Notes: generated by a model from the letters alone, not told the origin. Shown: positions 1-8,606, counted from the first letter of the stretch. The stretch: DNA of 64,000 nucleotides from Candidatus Yanofskybacteria bacterium (GCA_020852375.1 JADZAY010000009.1:12690-76689); one strand, 5' to 3'. Made by a program: numbers and translations.

Positions 1-294
1 GAACCGCTCACGAATTTCCCACGTCGCAGCACCAAGAAATGTTACAACGAGCACCGCAATGCTTGATTGCCACCACGCAACCGCGCCTCCGAGGAACACG
101 AGTCCCGCCATGAGCATGTAGTGACGCTGCCAGGCGCGTCCCTGCAGGGGATGATGCGCCTCCCACGAGATCGTGCGCGGCGCCACAAGACCAGCGAACA
201 CCGACGCGCTTCCCGATTCGGGAGCAGCGGTTTCCGCCCCAACCGCCTCGTCGTTGATGGTCTCCGGATTCTTGAGATCAAGCACGTTGCTCAT
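1..294 (-). CDS. Membrane protein, hypothetical (3' end runs off the window)
   Basis: Hand-translated MSNVLDLKNPET...ISWEAHHP...MLMAGLVFLGGAVAWWQSSIAVLVVTFLGAATW; two TM segments; TATACT 6 nt before the ATG. Confidence 0.75.
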   Translation of the reverse strand, partial: MSNVLDLKNPETINDEAVGAETAAPESGSASVFAGLVAPRTISWEAHHPLQGRAWQRHYMLMAGLVFLGGAVAWWQSSIAVLVVTFLGAATWEIRERF

Positions 295-331
295 GCGGGT
301 AGTATACCATCATTTTTCTCCGCCTCGGCTC

Positions 332-580
332 CTACCGATGCGGGCAACCGGCCCAACAGCACGGCCGCCGCATGCCTTTGCGCATCTTATCGAGACCAAC
401 CGCAATGCGCCGCTCGCGCGTTTCCGACTGCTTCGCGGAAGTTACCCAACAGATCCACTCATTGCGGGCGAGCGGCGTGATATCCGCCCACACACTCCGA
501 GCTTTCGGGTCCGACTCGATCGCCGCGCGAAGGTCCGCCGGCGCCTTGTGAACCGCGTTGTCCCGGATGCGTCGCCTCAT
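332..580 (-). CDS. YdeI/OmpD-associated family protein
   Basis: PADLRAAI...W..ITPLARNEWICWVTSAKQSETRERRI signature; ATG overlaps the TGA of the upstream gene. Confidence 0.85.
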   Translation of the reverse strand: MRRRIRDNAVHKAPADLRAAIESDPKARSVWADITPLARNEWICWVTSAKQSETRERRIAVGLDKMRKGMRRPCCWAGCPHR

Positions 581-1068
581 TGGGTGAGCGCTCCCGCCAG
601 CTTTTCGAGGCACTGCTCCATGCCCATCTTGGACATCTCGGCCATCTGTCCAGGCGCCCAACCTTTTTCCGTCACCGTAAGCCTGGTCCTACCATCACCG
701 AGGTCTTTGAATGTTACGATATGAATTTGGTTCTCGGGAAAATCGGATGGCATACCGACCGACGCAGGGGAGATTGTGTTTCCATCTTTATCCGCCAAGT
801 TGTGAACGTACTCTATCCGCTCCAGAGGAACAACCCGAAGATATCGCCACGTACTGTATTGCTCCGGAAATCCTAATTTTGGTGACGCCATACTGACAAG
901 CGAAACACCACCCTCACGGACATCCATCACAGCGGTCGGACACTCAAAATTGTCCGGGCCCCACCACTGCCGCAGCGCGTCAGACTCTGTCCAGGCGCGC
1001 CACACCTTCGCAACGGGCGCGTCGAACGTGTGAGTGAATACAAGGTCTTGCGTTGGCGCGTTCGTCAT
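577..1068 (-). CDS. SRPBCC/AHSA1 (START-like) domain protein
   Basis: FDAPVAKVWRAWT...WWGP, DVREGG, TRLTVTE motifs. Confidence 0.9.
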   Translation of the reverse strand: MTNAPTQDLVFTHTFDAPVAKVWRAWTESDALRQWWGPDNFECPTAVMDVREGGVSLVSMASPKLGFPEQYSTWRYLRVVPLERIEYVHNLADKDGNTISPASVGMPSDFPENQIHIVTFKDLGDGRTRLTVTEKGWAPGQMAEMSKMGMEQCLEKLAGALTQ

Positions 1069-1301
1069 ATGGTTATGATGGTGATTTCACTCTCAATTTG
1101 GCGGGCAGGATTGCCGGAACTTTGAACCGGCAAAACGAATAAATTTCGGTTTAGTTGATAAAAGTATACAGAAATTAAGGAAGATTTACAGAGAAAAACC
1201 AGAATGGTTTGAAATTCCCGATTTTGCTCAAAAAGTCTACTGAATATCAAAATGTCTAACCGAAGTGAGAAAAATTCTCACTTCCATTGCACAAACTGCA
1301 T

Positions 1302-2186
1302 TTATGACCCCTCGTGAGGCCACTGGCCTCGAGCGACCATGTTAATGGAAGTAATATGGGCATCAGAAGTGAGAATACTTACAATTGCCTTTCCAACTGC
1401 CGAAGGGGGTGTACAAAAAAGGTTTGTTTTTGAGTAGTCATAGCCAAAATTCTTACCCATCATTGAAACTGTATTCTGAACCACCCTTGAGTCATACATA
1501 CCAGTATCTACAATCCCTGGTCTTACATCTGTAATAAAAATTTTATCTTTATCGAGTTCAATCATTGCCGCGTTGGTAAAACGGCTGATTGAGCCTTTGG
1601 CGGCCATGTGCATACTTCCAGAAACAACAGAACGGATCGCGCTCATTGAGGAAACGATGCAAACTCGAGTTTCTTTTTGTTTACGGAATCGCGGAAGTAA
1701 CAAGCGCAATAAACTTACGGTGTTTTTTAAAACTGAAAGTTCTGCTTCGATTAATTCTTCAGATAAATCATCGATGAGCAAATACGGATTGTCGTCTTTG
1801 AGTTGAACCGTTCCCGCGCCCAATCCGACTGACTGAACCCAATACAGTGGCAGGTCGTTTGGAATTGATTCAACTAATTTTTCCAGAGCCGATATATTAC
1901 CCAAATCAACAGCAGAATATTCTACTTTTGCTCCAGAAATTTTTTCTTCTATCCATTTCTTAACAATCTGCAATTTGCTTTCAGTGCGAGCTACGATATG
2001 AACAATGGCACCAGCTTTGGCGCATTCAAACGCTGTGGCGGCACCAATATTTGCCTTGTATTCTTTTCCATCAATATCAACTAAAGTGTGCGACGGTTCG
2101 CCGGTCGTTATGTCTTTAAAAACAAAATCGACCGGTTTTATTCCAACTCCTGTTATGAGAATTCTTTTGTTGTTTAGATTATTCAT
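1302..2186 (-). CDS. SDR family NAD(P)-dependent oxidoreductase in a low-GC insert
   Basis: ILITG...IG Rossmann fold, VSS, HxxxK in place of YxxxK, PGIVDT; visibly AT-rich versus flanks. Confidence 0.85.
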   Translation of the reverse strand: MNNLNNKRILITGVGIKPVDFVFKDITTGEPSHTLVDIDGKEYKANIGAATAFECAKAGAIVHIVARTESKLQIVKKWIEEKISGAKVEYSAVDLGNISALEKLVESIPNDLPLYWVQSVGLGAGTVQLKDDNPYLLIDDLSEELIEAELSVLKNTVSLLRLLLPRFRKQKETRVCIVSSMSAIRSVVSGSMHMAAKGSISRFTNAAMIELDKDKIFITDVRPGIVDTGMYDSRVVQNTVSMMGKNFGYDYSKTNLFCTPPSAVGKAIVSILTSDAHITSINMVARGQWPHEGS

Positions 2187-2289
2187 AACCTGGTTCGAAT
2201 CCCTTCGGGGTTAACCTCATTTTATCAAAATTCTTTTTCAAAAAGTAGCGTAAAATAAGGATTTTCTACTTCTCATTTTTCAAAATTAC

Positions 2290-2377
2290 TGGCGGAGGGG
2301 GTGGGATTCGAACCCACGATCCCTTACGGGATGCCGCATTTCAAGTGCGGTGGAATAAACCACTATCCGACCCCTCC
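2290..2377 (-). tRNA. tRNA-Ser(UGA)
   Basis: CCGCA-CT-TGA-AA-TGCGG arm, long variable arm, GGTTCGAATCC; the only tRNA here with an encoded CCA. Confidence 0.97.
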
Positions 2378-2383
2378 ATTCGC

Positions 2384-2866
2384 CTACGCTATCCGCTTCC
2401 TCAGCCAGCTTCTCTCTAGATAGTGTTCTTCATAATGACAGTTCGGGCAGATCAATGCCAGATTTGCGAGATCATTATTACTCCTATCTCTGTCTTTATG
2501 ATGCACTTGCAAGATCTCTGGCTTGTCGTATCCGCACCGCTCACAAGTGCGCCCTCGTTCTCGCAAAAGCCGCATCTTCAGGGCCTTGAGCGCCGTCACC
2601 TTATCTCTTGGCCTATTCAGTTTATACCGTATACCAGCTCGCTGCTTGTTCGCGCATCTCTTGCTACAGGTCTTCTTGTTATCCCCAGACAGAATGGAAG
2701 CACCGCATACGGGGCAGAGGATCTCCTTCCTGCAAGATATGCCGTAGCAAGTCATACTACAGAACGCTCGTCCGCCAGCTCTCTGCAACTCGACCGGGCG
2801 ACGGTATATCGGCGCAGCGCACACAAGGCAAGCAGTATTCGGCTTTCTTTGATATGGCTCGACCAC
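2384..2866 (-). CDS. HNH endonuclease with N-terminal Cys-rich zinc-binding repeats
   Basis: CERC...LQVHHKDRDRSNNDLANLALICPNCHYEEH; several CxxC / CSxxC motifs; GTG start 6 nt after TATAGT. Confidence 0.9.
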   Translation of the reverse strand: MVEPYQRKPNTACLVCAAPIYRRPVELQRAGGRAFCSMTCYGISCRKEILCPVCGASILSGDNKKTCSKRCANKQRAGIRYKLNRPRDKVTALKALKMRLLRERGRTCERCGYDKPEILQVHHKDRDRSNNDLANLALICPNCHYEEHYLERSWLRKRIA

Positions 2867-2935
2867 CCATCCACTATACCATTTCGGAGGAGAATTGCCA
2901 AAAAACCAAATAATGATATACTTTTCTCCGCACAC

Positions 2936-3022
2936 GGAGGCGTGGCAGAGTGGTCTAACGCGCCGCACTCGAAATGCGGTTGGGGAGAAATCCCCTCGGA
3001 GGTTCGAATCCTCCCGCCTCCG
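2936..3022 (+). tRNA. tRNA-Ser(CGA)
   Basis: CCGCA-CT-CGA-AA-TGCGG, long variable arm, G73. Confidence 0.97.
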
Positions 3023-3074
3023 CAAATGATCTTCGGAATGCCGTTTGGCATTGTGAAGATCATCCGCAAGAGAT

Positions 3075-3192
3075 GTGGGGGATTCGAAGGGCGGACCGCT
3101 GCGACATCAGCTGATGTCGCCGGGAGCCCGTGCCCAGGCCGAGGCGAGCGACGGCGAGCCGAGAGCCGAGGGAGAATCCTCCCGCCTCCGCA
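3075..3192 (+). repeat. tRNA-tail Y-shaped element, Ser(CGA) copy
   Basis: Left end GGGGATTCGAA (inverted T-arm); right end 3174-3192 is a 19-bp copy of 3006-3024; shared two-arm core. Confidence 0.9.
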
Positions 3193-3210
3193 GTCAGATA
3201 AGGAGGTTCC

Positions 3211-3402
3211 GTGGCGACATTGCTGTTGGACGACATGGACGACGACACGCGCCGCTTGCTCACCGAGCGAAGGCGGTACTCGTGCGGCCACTGCCAGAGC
3301 CGCTGGGAAACGCCTGCGTTCCAAAGCTCGACGGAGTGCCCGTCGTGCGGCGGACACTGGATCATCTTCGAGACCGTGCCGGACACTCAATGGGACCCGT
3401 AA
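3211..3402 (+). CDS. Small zinc-ribbon protein
   Basis: AAGGAGG RBS, CGHC...CPSC, terminator hairpin at the stop codon. Confidence 0.7.
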   Translation: MATLLLDDMDDDTRRLLTERRRYSCGHCQSRWETPAFQSSTECPSCGGHWIIFETVPDTQWDP

Positions 3403-3425
3403 GGGTCCCGTTTTTCTATTCACTA

Positions 3426-4154
3426 TTAGTAGTAGATCTCCTTGCGAGGAGGCGATGCTTTGATGATATCGAACGCCTCCTGCGCAGTGTCGACGAGATG
3501 GTAAAGTTGCATATCTTCTTTGTCGATCGCCCGGTACCGCTCGTACACCATGTCGTTGATGTAGGAAAGCAGGGGAGTCCAGAACTCTTTGCCGATCAGG
3601 ATGAGCGGCACGGTATCGCGGTCGACTTTCTTGGTCTGAACCAATGTGACCAGCTCGAAGAACTCGTCGAGCGTTCCGAATCCGCCGGGGAAGAACACAT
3701 ACGCCTGCGCAGTGTAGAAGAGCATGACCTTCCGGACAAAGAAATAATAGAAGGGCTGCTTCTTGGTAAGATACGGGTTCTCGCGCTGCTCGAACGGGAG
3801 CTTGATGTTGATGCCGATGCTCTCCCCACCGGCCTCGAACGCGCCGCGGTTACCACCCTCCATGATGCCCGGCCCGCCGCCGGTCACAACACCGATCTTC
3901 GCTTTCGCGAGCAAGACGCCCAGCTCCCGCGCGACTTGATACCACTTATTCGTCTCCTCGAATCGAGCGGAGCCCAGAATGGAAACGGTGTTCTTGTAAT
4001 CGGTGACGAACTGCCATCCGTCGACGAACTCCGCCATGATGCGAAAGACGCGCCAGTGGAAGCTGGAACGAAAGTCGAGCGGCATGTCCTGCGCCTGCTC
4101 CCATGGCAGCTTCGACGCCGGAACATTGAGCGAGCCTTTTGGATCGTCTCCCAT
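3426..4154 (-). CDS. LOG family Rossmann-fold protein (TIGR00730-like)
   Basis: TGGGPGIME, YFFVRK, FPGGFGTLDE. Confidence 0.93.
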   Translation of the reverse strand: MGDDPKGSLNVPASKLPWEQAQDMPLDFRSSFHWRVFRIMAEFVDGWQFVTDYKNTVSILGSARFEETNKWYQVARELGVLLAKAKIGVVTGGGPGIMEGGNRGAFEAGGESIGINIKLPFEQRENPYLTKKQPFYYFFVRKVMLFYTAQAYVFFPGGFGTLDEFFELVTLVQTKKVDRDTVPLILIGKEFWTPLLSYINDMVYERYRAIDKEDMQLYHLVDTAQEAFDIIKASPPRKEIYY

Positions 4155-4243
4155 TGCGAATAGTATACCACACGCGCGACCAGTGACGGAGAATTTGGAA
4201 AACAAAAAGCTCCGCGACGGCCGCGGAGCAGGGAGTTGGAAGC

Positions 4244-5245
4244 TTAGGGGCGCTGACGGGAAAGAACGTGCGCGTGAATATCTTTGACGAACCCGTCGCC
4301 GTTGAAGCACATCGTGGGAGGGACACTGTATCGCGCCCACAGGTGGAGAAAATTGTTGTGCGCACACGCACAAAGGTAGTCGAACTCCCATGCGAGCATG
4401 ATCGCGGGATTGTACTGCCCGCTTTCGATGTCCATCCCGCGAGGAAACCAGCGGGGTATACGCCCGAGACGGACGTACACGAGACCGTCGTGATGGCGAA
4501 GCCCACCAACCACAGTTCCGGGAATGAACTCGTTCCAGTGCCTGCCGTTCACTTCGCAAGCCGCGTAGAACACGACCTTATTGCCGACGCGGAACCAGTC
4601 GTGCGGACGACGCGCCGGGAACACCGGCTTCTTCTCGGCCTGCGTACAGAGCGGTAGGAGCACCCGGATCTTCTGGTCAACGACACGCTTCGCTCCGACC
4701 GACCGCGCGCGAGCCGCCACGAGTCCGGAACGGATCTCGCCCATAAGCGCCCCGGACGCATTCGGGAGAAAACACCTCGAATCGAAGAGGTGCTCCTCGG
4801 GGCTGACGCCGGAGACCTTCTGAAATTCGCACGCTCCGCTGATAGTGTAGTTGAAGCGCTGGCGATCGCCGGTGGTATGCTCACACCAACCGCAGACATT
4901 GAAGGTGGTCGCCCCAGCAGACCGCGCCCGCGACAGGCCGTCCATCGGTTCGATGGGGCCGTCGTGCCCATTCTCCACATACCGCCCGCGGAGTGGGAAG
5001 TGGGGATCCACGAAGCGCCGCGCCAGAGCGCGGAAATCGCTCGCCGTCTTTCCGTGCAACGCCTTCAAGAGCTTGTCCGCCCGCTTGATATCCTCCGCAT
5101 GCTCCTTGGCGCGATGTCGCCAGAAGCGGACCATCTGACGGATGTTTGCCTGCCCGGTGAACAGGACGTCGTGCATGGTCAGACAGGGGAGACGCCAGTC
5201 GTCGGGAATAAGCGCCCGGACTTCGGCATTGGTAAGGTGCTCCAT
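4244..5245 (-). CDS. Hypothetical Cys-containing protein
   Basis: 333-aa ORF with AGGAGG RBS; CGWC motif; no family recognised. Confidence 0.7.
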   Translation of the reverse strand: MEHLTNAEVRALIPDDWRLPCLTMHDVLFTGQANIRQMVRFWRHRAKEHAEDIKRADKLLKALHGKTASDFRALARRFVDPHFPLRGRYVENGHDGPIEPMDGLSRARSAGATTFNVCGWCEHTTGDRQRFNYTISGACEFQKVSGVSPEEHLFDSRCFLPNASGALMGEIRSGLVAARARSVGAKRVVDQKIRVLLPLCTQAEKKPVFPARRPHDWFRVGNKVVFYAACEVNGRHWNEFIPGTVVGGLRHHDGLVYVRLGRIPRWFPRGMDIESGQYNPAIMLAWEFDYLCACAHNNFLHLWARYSVPPTMCFNGDGFVKDIHAHVLSRQRP

Positions 5246-5382
5246 GGGATCCTCCTGCGCGGTGCGCCCTATCACAGAGCGGAGATCCGCGCCGACCCTC
5301 GTGGCACGCATGATCGCATGCCGTCGCAACCTTACAAGTAGCCATTGTAGACGTCAACGCACCCGCCACTCGGGCGGGTGCG

Positions 5383-5505
5383 TGCTCTGTGGACCTACGG
5401 GGAGTCGGCCTCGCCTCTCGGCGCGCCGCCGCGCACCTCGGGCTGGCCACCGCCTCACGGTGCCGCCGACTGGCGGCACATCGCTCCGGCGTTCGTCTCC
5501 CCGTA
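5383..5505 (-). repeat. tRNA-tail Y-shaped element, Ala(GGC) copy
   Basis: 25-bp direct repeat 5383-5407 = 5552-5576; inverted T-arm at 5491-5505; core GCCGGAGCGATG...GAGGCGGTGGCCAGCCCGAG. Confidence 0.92.
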
Positions 5506-5558
5506 TATATTCGCTGTAGCAATACGGACAACCCTTGAGGGTTGTCCGTATTGCTCTG

Positions 5559-5629
5559 TGGACCTACGGGGAGTCGAACCCCGACTTCATCCATGCCATG
5601 GATGCGTGATACCGCTTCACTATAGGCCC
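5559..5629 (-). tRNA. tRNA-Ala(GGC)
   Basis: G3:U70, A32-U38 loop AT-GGC-AT, A73. Confidence 0.96.
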
Positions 5630-5753
5630 AAATGAGGACGGGTGGGATGCGGTCGGCATCACAGTCCGTCGGAACGACAGGCCTCTATGTAATCATATAG
5701 GCCCAAGGCGCCTGGAAAAATAGCACGAAAATGGTAGTATCGCAAGGTATTCC

Positions 5754-5825
5754 GCCCCCGTAGCTCAACGGATAGAGCAGACCCGTCCTAAGGGTACGAT
5801 GGAGGTTCGATTCCTTCCGGGGGCA
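5754..5825 (+). tRNA. tRNA-Arg(CCU)
   Basis: GCCCCCG/CGGGGGC acceptor, anticodon CCT, TTCGATT loop. Confidence 0.94.
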
Positions 5826-5839
5826 CACTACAACCATTC

Positions 5840-7273
5840 ATGGAGATCCATCCGAAGGTACGAGAGGTGCTCACAACTCTTGAGGAGCACAGCCATCGCG
5901 CGTATGCGGTGGGCGGTTGCGTGCGCGACATCATGATGGGGCGCACGCCGACCGACTGGGATATCACGACCAGCGCCACACCCGAACAGATCCAAGAGCT
6001 CTTCCCGGACAACTTCTACGACAACGCGTTCGGAACGGTCACCGTCAAAACCCGCGATGAGGATCCGCTCGTTCGCACGATCCAGATCACCCCATTCCGC
6101 ATCGAGGGGAAGTATAGCGATCAGCGCCACCCTGATGAGATCCGCTTCGCAAAAACGATCGAGGAAGACCTGTCGCGCCGCGACTTCACCGTGAACGCGA
6201 TGGCGCTGTCAGCAGACGGCACGCTTGTCGATCCGTATGACGGCCGCGCCGATCTTGCCGCCAAGGTCATCCGCGCGGTAGGGGATGCCGACGCTCGTAT
6301 CACCGAGGACGCACTCCGCATGATGCGCGCGGTACGCTTTGCAGCAACACTCGACTTCAGCATCCACGAAGCAACCCTCAAGGCCCTGACCCGTCACGCC
6401 GCGCTTCTGGAGCGCATCTCGGCGGAGCGGATACGCGATGAGCTCACGAAGATCATCAATTCGGCGCGGGCGATGGAGGGTATCCAACTCCTCGACGACA
6501 CCGGCCTTTTACGATTCATTATCCCCGAACTCCGCGAAGGGGTCGGCGTCGAGCAGAATCTCCACCACATCTACACTGTGTGGGAGCACAACCTGCGCAC
6601 CATGCACTATGCCGCCCAGAAGGGATACTCGTTCCCGGTCCGTATGGCGTGCCTCTTGCACGATGTCGGGAAGCCACGCACCAAGCGCGGACAAGGGCGC
6701 CACTGCACATTCTATGCCCACGATGCCGTGGGGGCGACCATGGCGAAAAAGATCATGGAACGTCTGCGCTACCCCGGGGAAGTCGTCGACGCCGTCGTAC
6801 GCCTGGTGCGCTACCACATGTTCTACTACAGCGTAGGGGAGGTTACCGAATCGTCCGTCCGCCGCCTTATCGCGAATGTCGGGCTCGAACACATCGACGA
6901 TCTCCTCCGCCTCCGCGAGGGCGACCGCATCGGCTCTGGGACTCCGAAGGCTGTGCCATACAAGCTTCGCCACCTAAAATACATGATCGACAAGGTCAGC
7001 CATGATCCGATCTCGGTAAAGATGCTCAAAGTGAACGGCGAGGACATTATGCAATCGCTGGGCATCCCTCCCGGTCCGAAGATTGGTCTCATCCTCAACA
7101 CGCTCCTGGCAGAGGCGCTCGATGATCCGAACATCAACACGCGCGAGCTCCTGCTCAAGCGCGCCGAGGGACTGAACACCTCCTCCGCGGCCGACCTCAA
7201 GAGCTCCCTCGAGCGGATCGAGCGGGCCCGCGACGCCGAAGAGAAGGAGCGTATGAAGAAGTACTACGTGTAG
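5840..7273 (+). CDS. cca: CCA tRNA nucleotidyltransferase with HD domain
   Basis: VGGCVRD, DWD, DLSRRDFTVNAMA, EDALRMMRAVRF, LLHDVGK. Confidence 0.92.
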   Translation: MEIHPKVREVLTTLEEHSHRAYAVGGCVRDIMMGRTPTDWDITTSATPEQIQELFPDNFYDNAFGTVTVKTRDEDPLVRTIQITPFRIEGKYSDQRHPDEIRFAKTIEEDLSRRDFTVNAMALSADGTLVDPYDGRADLAAKVIRAVGDADARITEDALRMMRAVRFAATLDFSIHEATLKALTRHAALLERISAERIRDELTKIINSARAMEGIQLLDDTGLLRFIIPELREGVGVEQNLHHIYTVWEHNLRTMHYAAQKGYSFPVRMACLLHDVGKPRTKRGQGRHCTFYAHDAVGATMAKKIMERLRYPGEVVDAVVRLVRYHMFYYSVGEVTESSVRRLIANVGLEHIDDLLRLREGDRIGSGTPKAVPYKLRHLKYMIDKVSHDPISVKMLKVNGEDIMQSLGIPPGPKIGLILNTLLAEALDDPNINTRELLLKRAEGLNTSSAADLKSSLERIERARDAEEKERMKKYYV

Positions 7274-7354
7274 GTCGACAGAACAACGGAATCGTGCTAC
7301 AGTCTCCGGGCGTCGCGGGCTCTTATGTGTGCCTGCCCGTATGAGGCGTAGCGT

Positions 7355-7425
7355 CGGGCTGTAGTATACCGGTAGTACGCATGATTCGGGTTCATGAAGA
7401 CTGGGTTCGATTCCCAGCAGCCCGA
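7355..7425 (+). tRNA. tRNA-Pro(CGG)
   Basis: C1:G72, loop TT-CGG-GT, A73. Confidence 0.95.
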
Positions 7426-7441
7426 CAGTGCGCCTCATCCA

Positions 7442-7482
7442 AACAACAAAACAGCACCCGGATAGGGTGCTGTTTTGTTGTT
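7442..7482. terminator. Bidirectional intrinsic terminator
   Basis: AACAACAAAACAGCACCC...GGGTGCTGTTTTGTTGTT between convergent units. Confidence 0.75.
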
Positions 7483-7483
7483 G

Positions 7484-8080
7484 TTAGTAGAACCTTTGTG
7501 CTTGGGCCTCTTCCTCACCAAGATCACGCTCGATCCGCTGGGCTTCCCGAAGCTCCTCATCGTCGTTCGAATCGCTTTTGCGACTCCGACCGATCAGGGC
7601 CTCTTGTTCGTCGCCATCGTCCGTTGCATCATCGATCTCGACGTCTTCGTCGTCGGGTATCTGATCGTCGTCGGCTTCCTCGATCTCCTCGTGCGATTTC
7701 TCCTGCTCGAACTCTTCAAACGCATCGTCCGGTGCGCCATCTTCATCGTTCAGCTGACGCTCGATCTGACGCATCTGCACGTCGAGCCACTCGTCATCAT
7801 CGCGGGTAAATGCGGCCTCGATCCGATCGTTCACCTGCAAGCGGAAACCATAGAGCGCGTCGTCCGGGCGCGCCGAGTTCGCGGAAACCGTCACGCCGCC
7901 AAATGCCACGATTGCCACAACAGCAAAGGTCGCGGTAGCGTGCCGCATGAACCACAGGCGCGAAGGGCTCGCATGCGTGGCCGCCAGCGCGCGAATCACG
8001 CCGCCCATCCGCTCCTGCTCCGCATCATTCATCCGAATGCGGGAGAGTTCGTGTATAAATTGTTCGGAATGGTCGTTCAT
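7484..8080 (-). CDS. Putative anti-sigma factor (single TM, DUF5667-like, acidic tail)
   Basis: TM followed by SARPDDALYGFR motif; coupled to the ECF sigma gene. Confidence 0.75.
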   Translation of the reverse strand: MNDHSEQFIHELSRIRMNDAEQERMGGVIRALAATHASPSRLWFMRHATATFAVVAIVAFGGVTVSANSARPDDALYGFRLQVNDRIEAAFTRDDDEWLDVQMRQIERQLNDEDGAPDDAFEEFEQEKSHEEIEEADDDQIPDDEDVEIDDATDDGDEQEALIGRSRKSDSNDDEELREAQRIERDLGEEEAQAQRFY

Positions 8081-8574
8081 ATCTGCATTAATTCTCGCAA
8101 CTTCTGCATACCTCTCGTAATGCGTACGGAAATGACGTTCTCGCTTTCTCCGATGATCTCCGCGATCTCCCGTGGCATCAGATCGTTCACATATCGAAGG
8201 GCAACCGCTTCTCGGTATGGCTCCTCGATACGAGCAATACAGCGAATGGCCCTGTTCGCCTCCGCGGACAGAAGGGGATCAAGGAGCGAATCGTCCCGCA
8301 CATCGAATCCAATCTCCCGGAGCGCTTCGAGCGAATCGGCGCCAGGCTTCCGCGACAGGTCGATACAGGCGTTGCGGGCTGTTCGATACAAAAATGGCTT
8401 CATATCCCGCACCGTCGTACCGCTCAGAAGCGCGCGCCAGGTCCGGGTAAACGCCTCCTGGGTCATATCAAGCGCTCGGTCGCGGTCGCCCGTATGGGCA
8501 TAGCAAAACCGGAAGATCGCATCTCCAAGCTCCCGATATGCCTCTGTCAGCTGCCGTTCTGGCGAGCGCACCAT
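8077..8574 (-). CDS. ECF RNA polymerase sigma factor
   Basis: DMTQEAFTRTW, FLYRTARNACID, REIAEIIG...VISVRITRG. Confidence 0.94.
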   Translation of the reverse strand: MVRSPERQLTEAYRELGDAIFRFCYAHTGDRDRALDMTQEAFTRTWRALLSGTTVRDMKPFLYRTARNACIDLSRKPGADSLEALREIGFDVRDDSLLDPLLSAEANRAIRCIARIEEPYREAVALRYVNDLMPREIAEIIGESENVISVRITRGMQKLRELMQI

Positions 8575-8578
8575 AGTA

Positions 8579-8606
8579 TATGACGAACGATATCGTTGAC
8601 TCTTAC
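8579..8606 (-). promoter_or_regulatory. Predicted ECF promoter GTAAGAG-N14-CGTCATA (sigma gene)
   Basis: Same boxes and spacing recur at 9345-9372. Confidence 0.75.

Noticed and set aside
3075-3192. Hammerhead ribozyme in the Ser or Phe-B elements (CTGAT motif)
   Set aside because: CTGAT lies within a perfect palindromic stem; the CUGANGA/GAAA core is absent and not conserved among copies
2423-4163. Long + strand ORFs 2423-3463 and 3075-4163, and similar shadows (10408-11568, 35862-37022, 46144-47379, 51671-52849)
   Set aside because: Antisense shadows of well-supported genes or tRNAs in GC-rich DNA; no motifs
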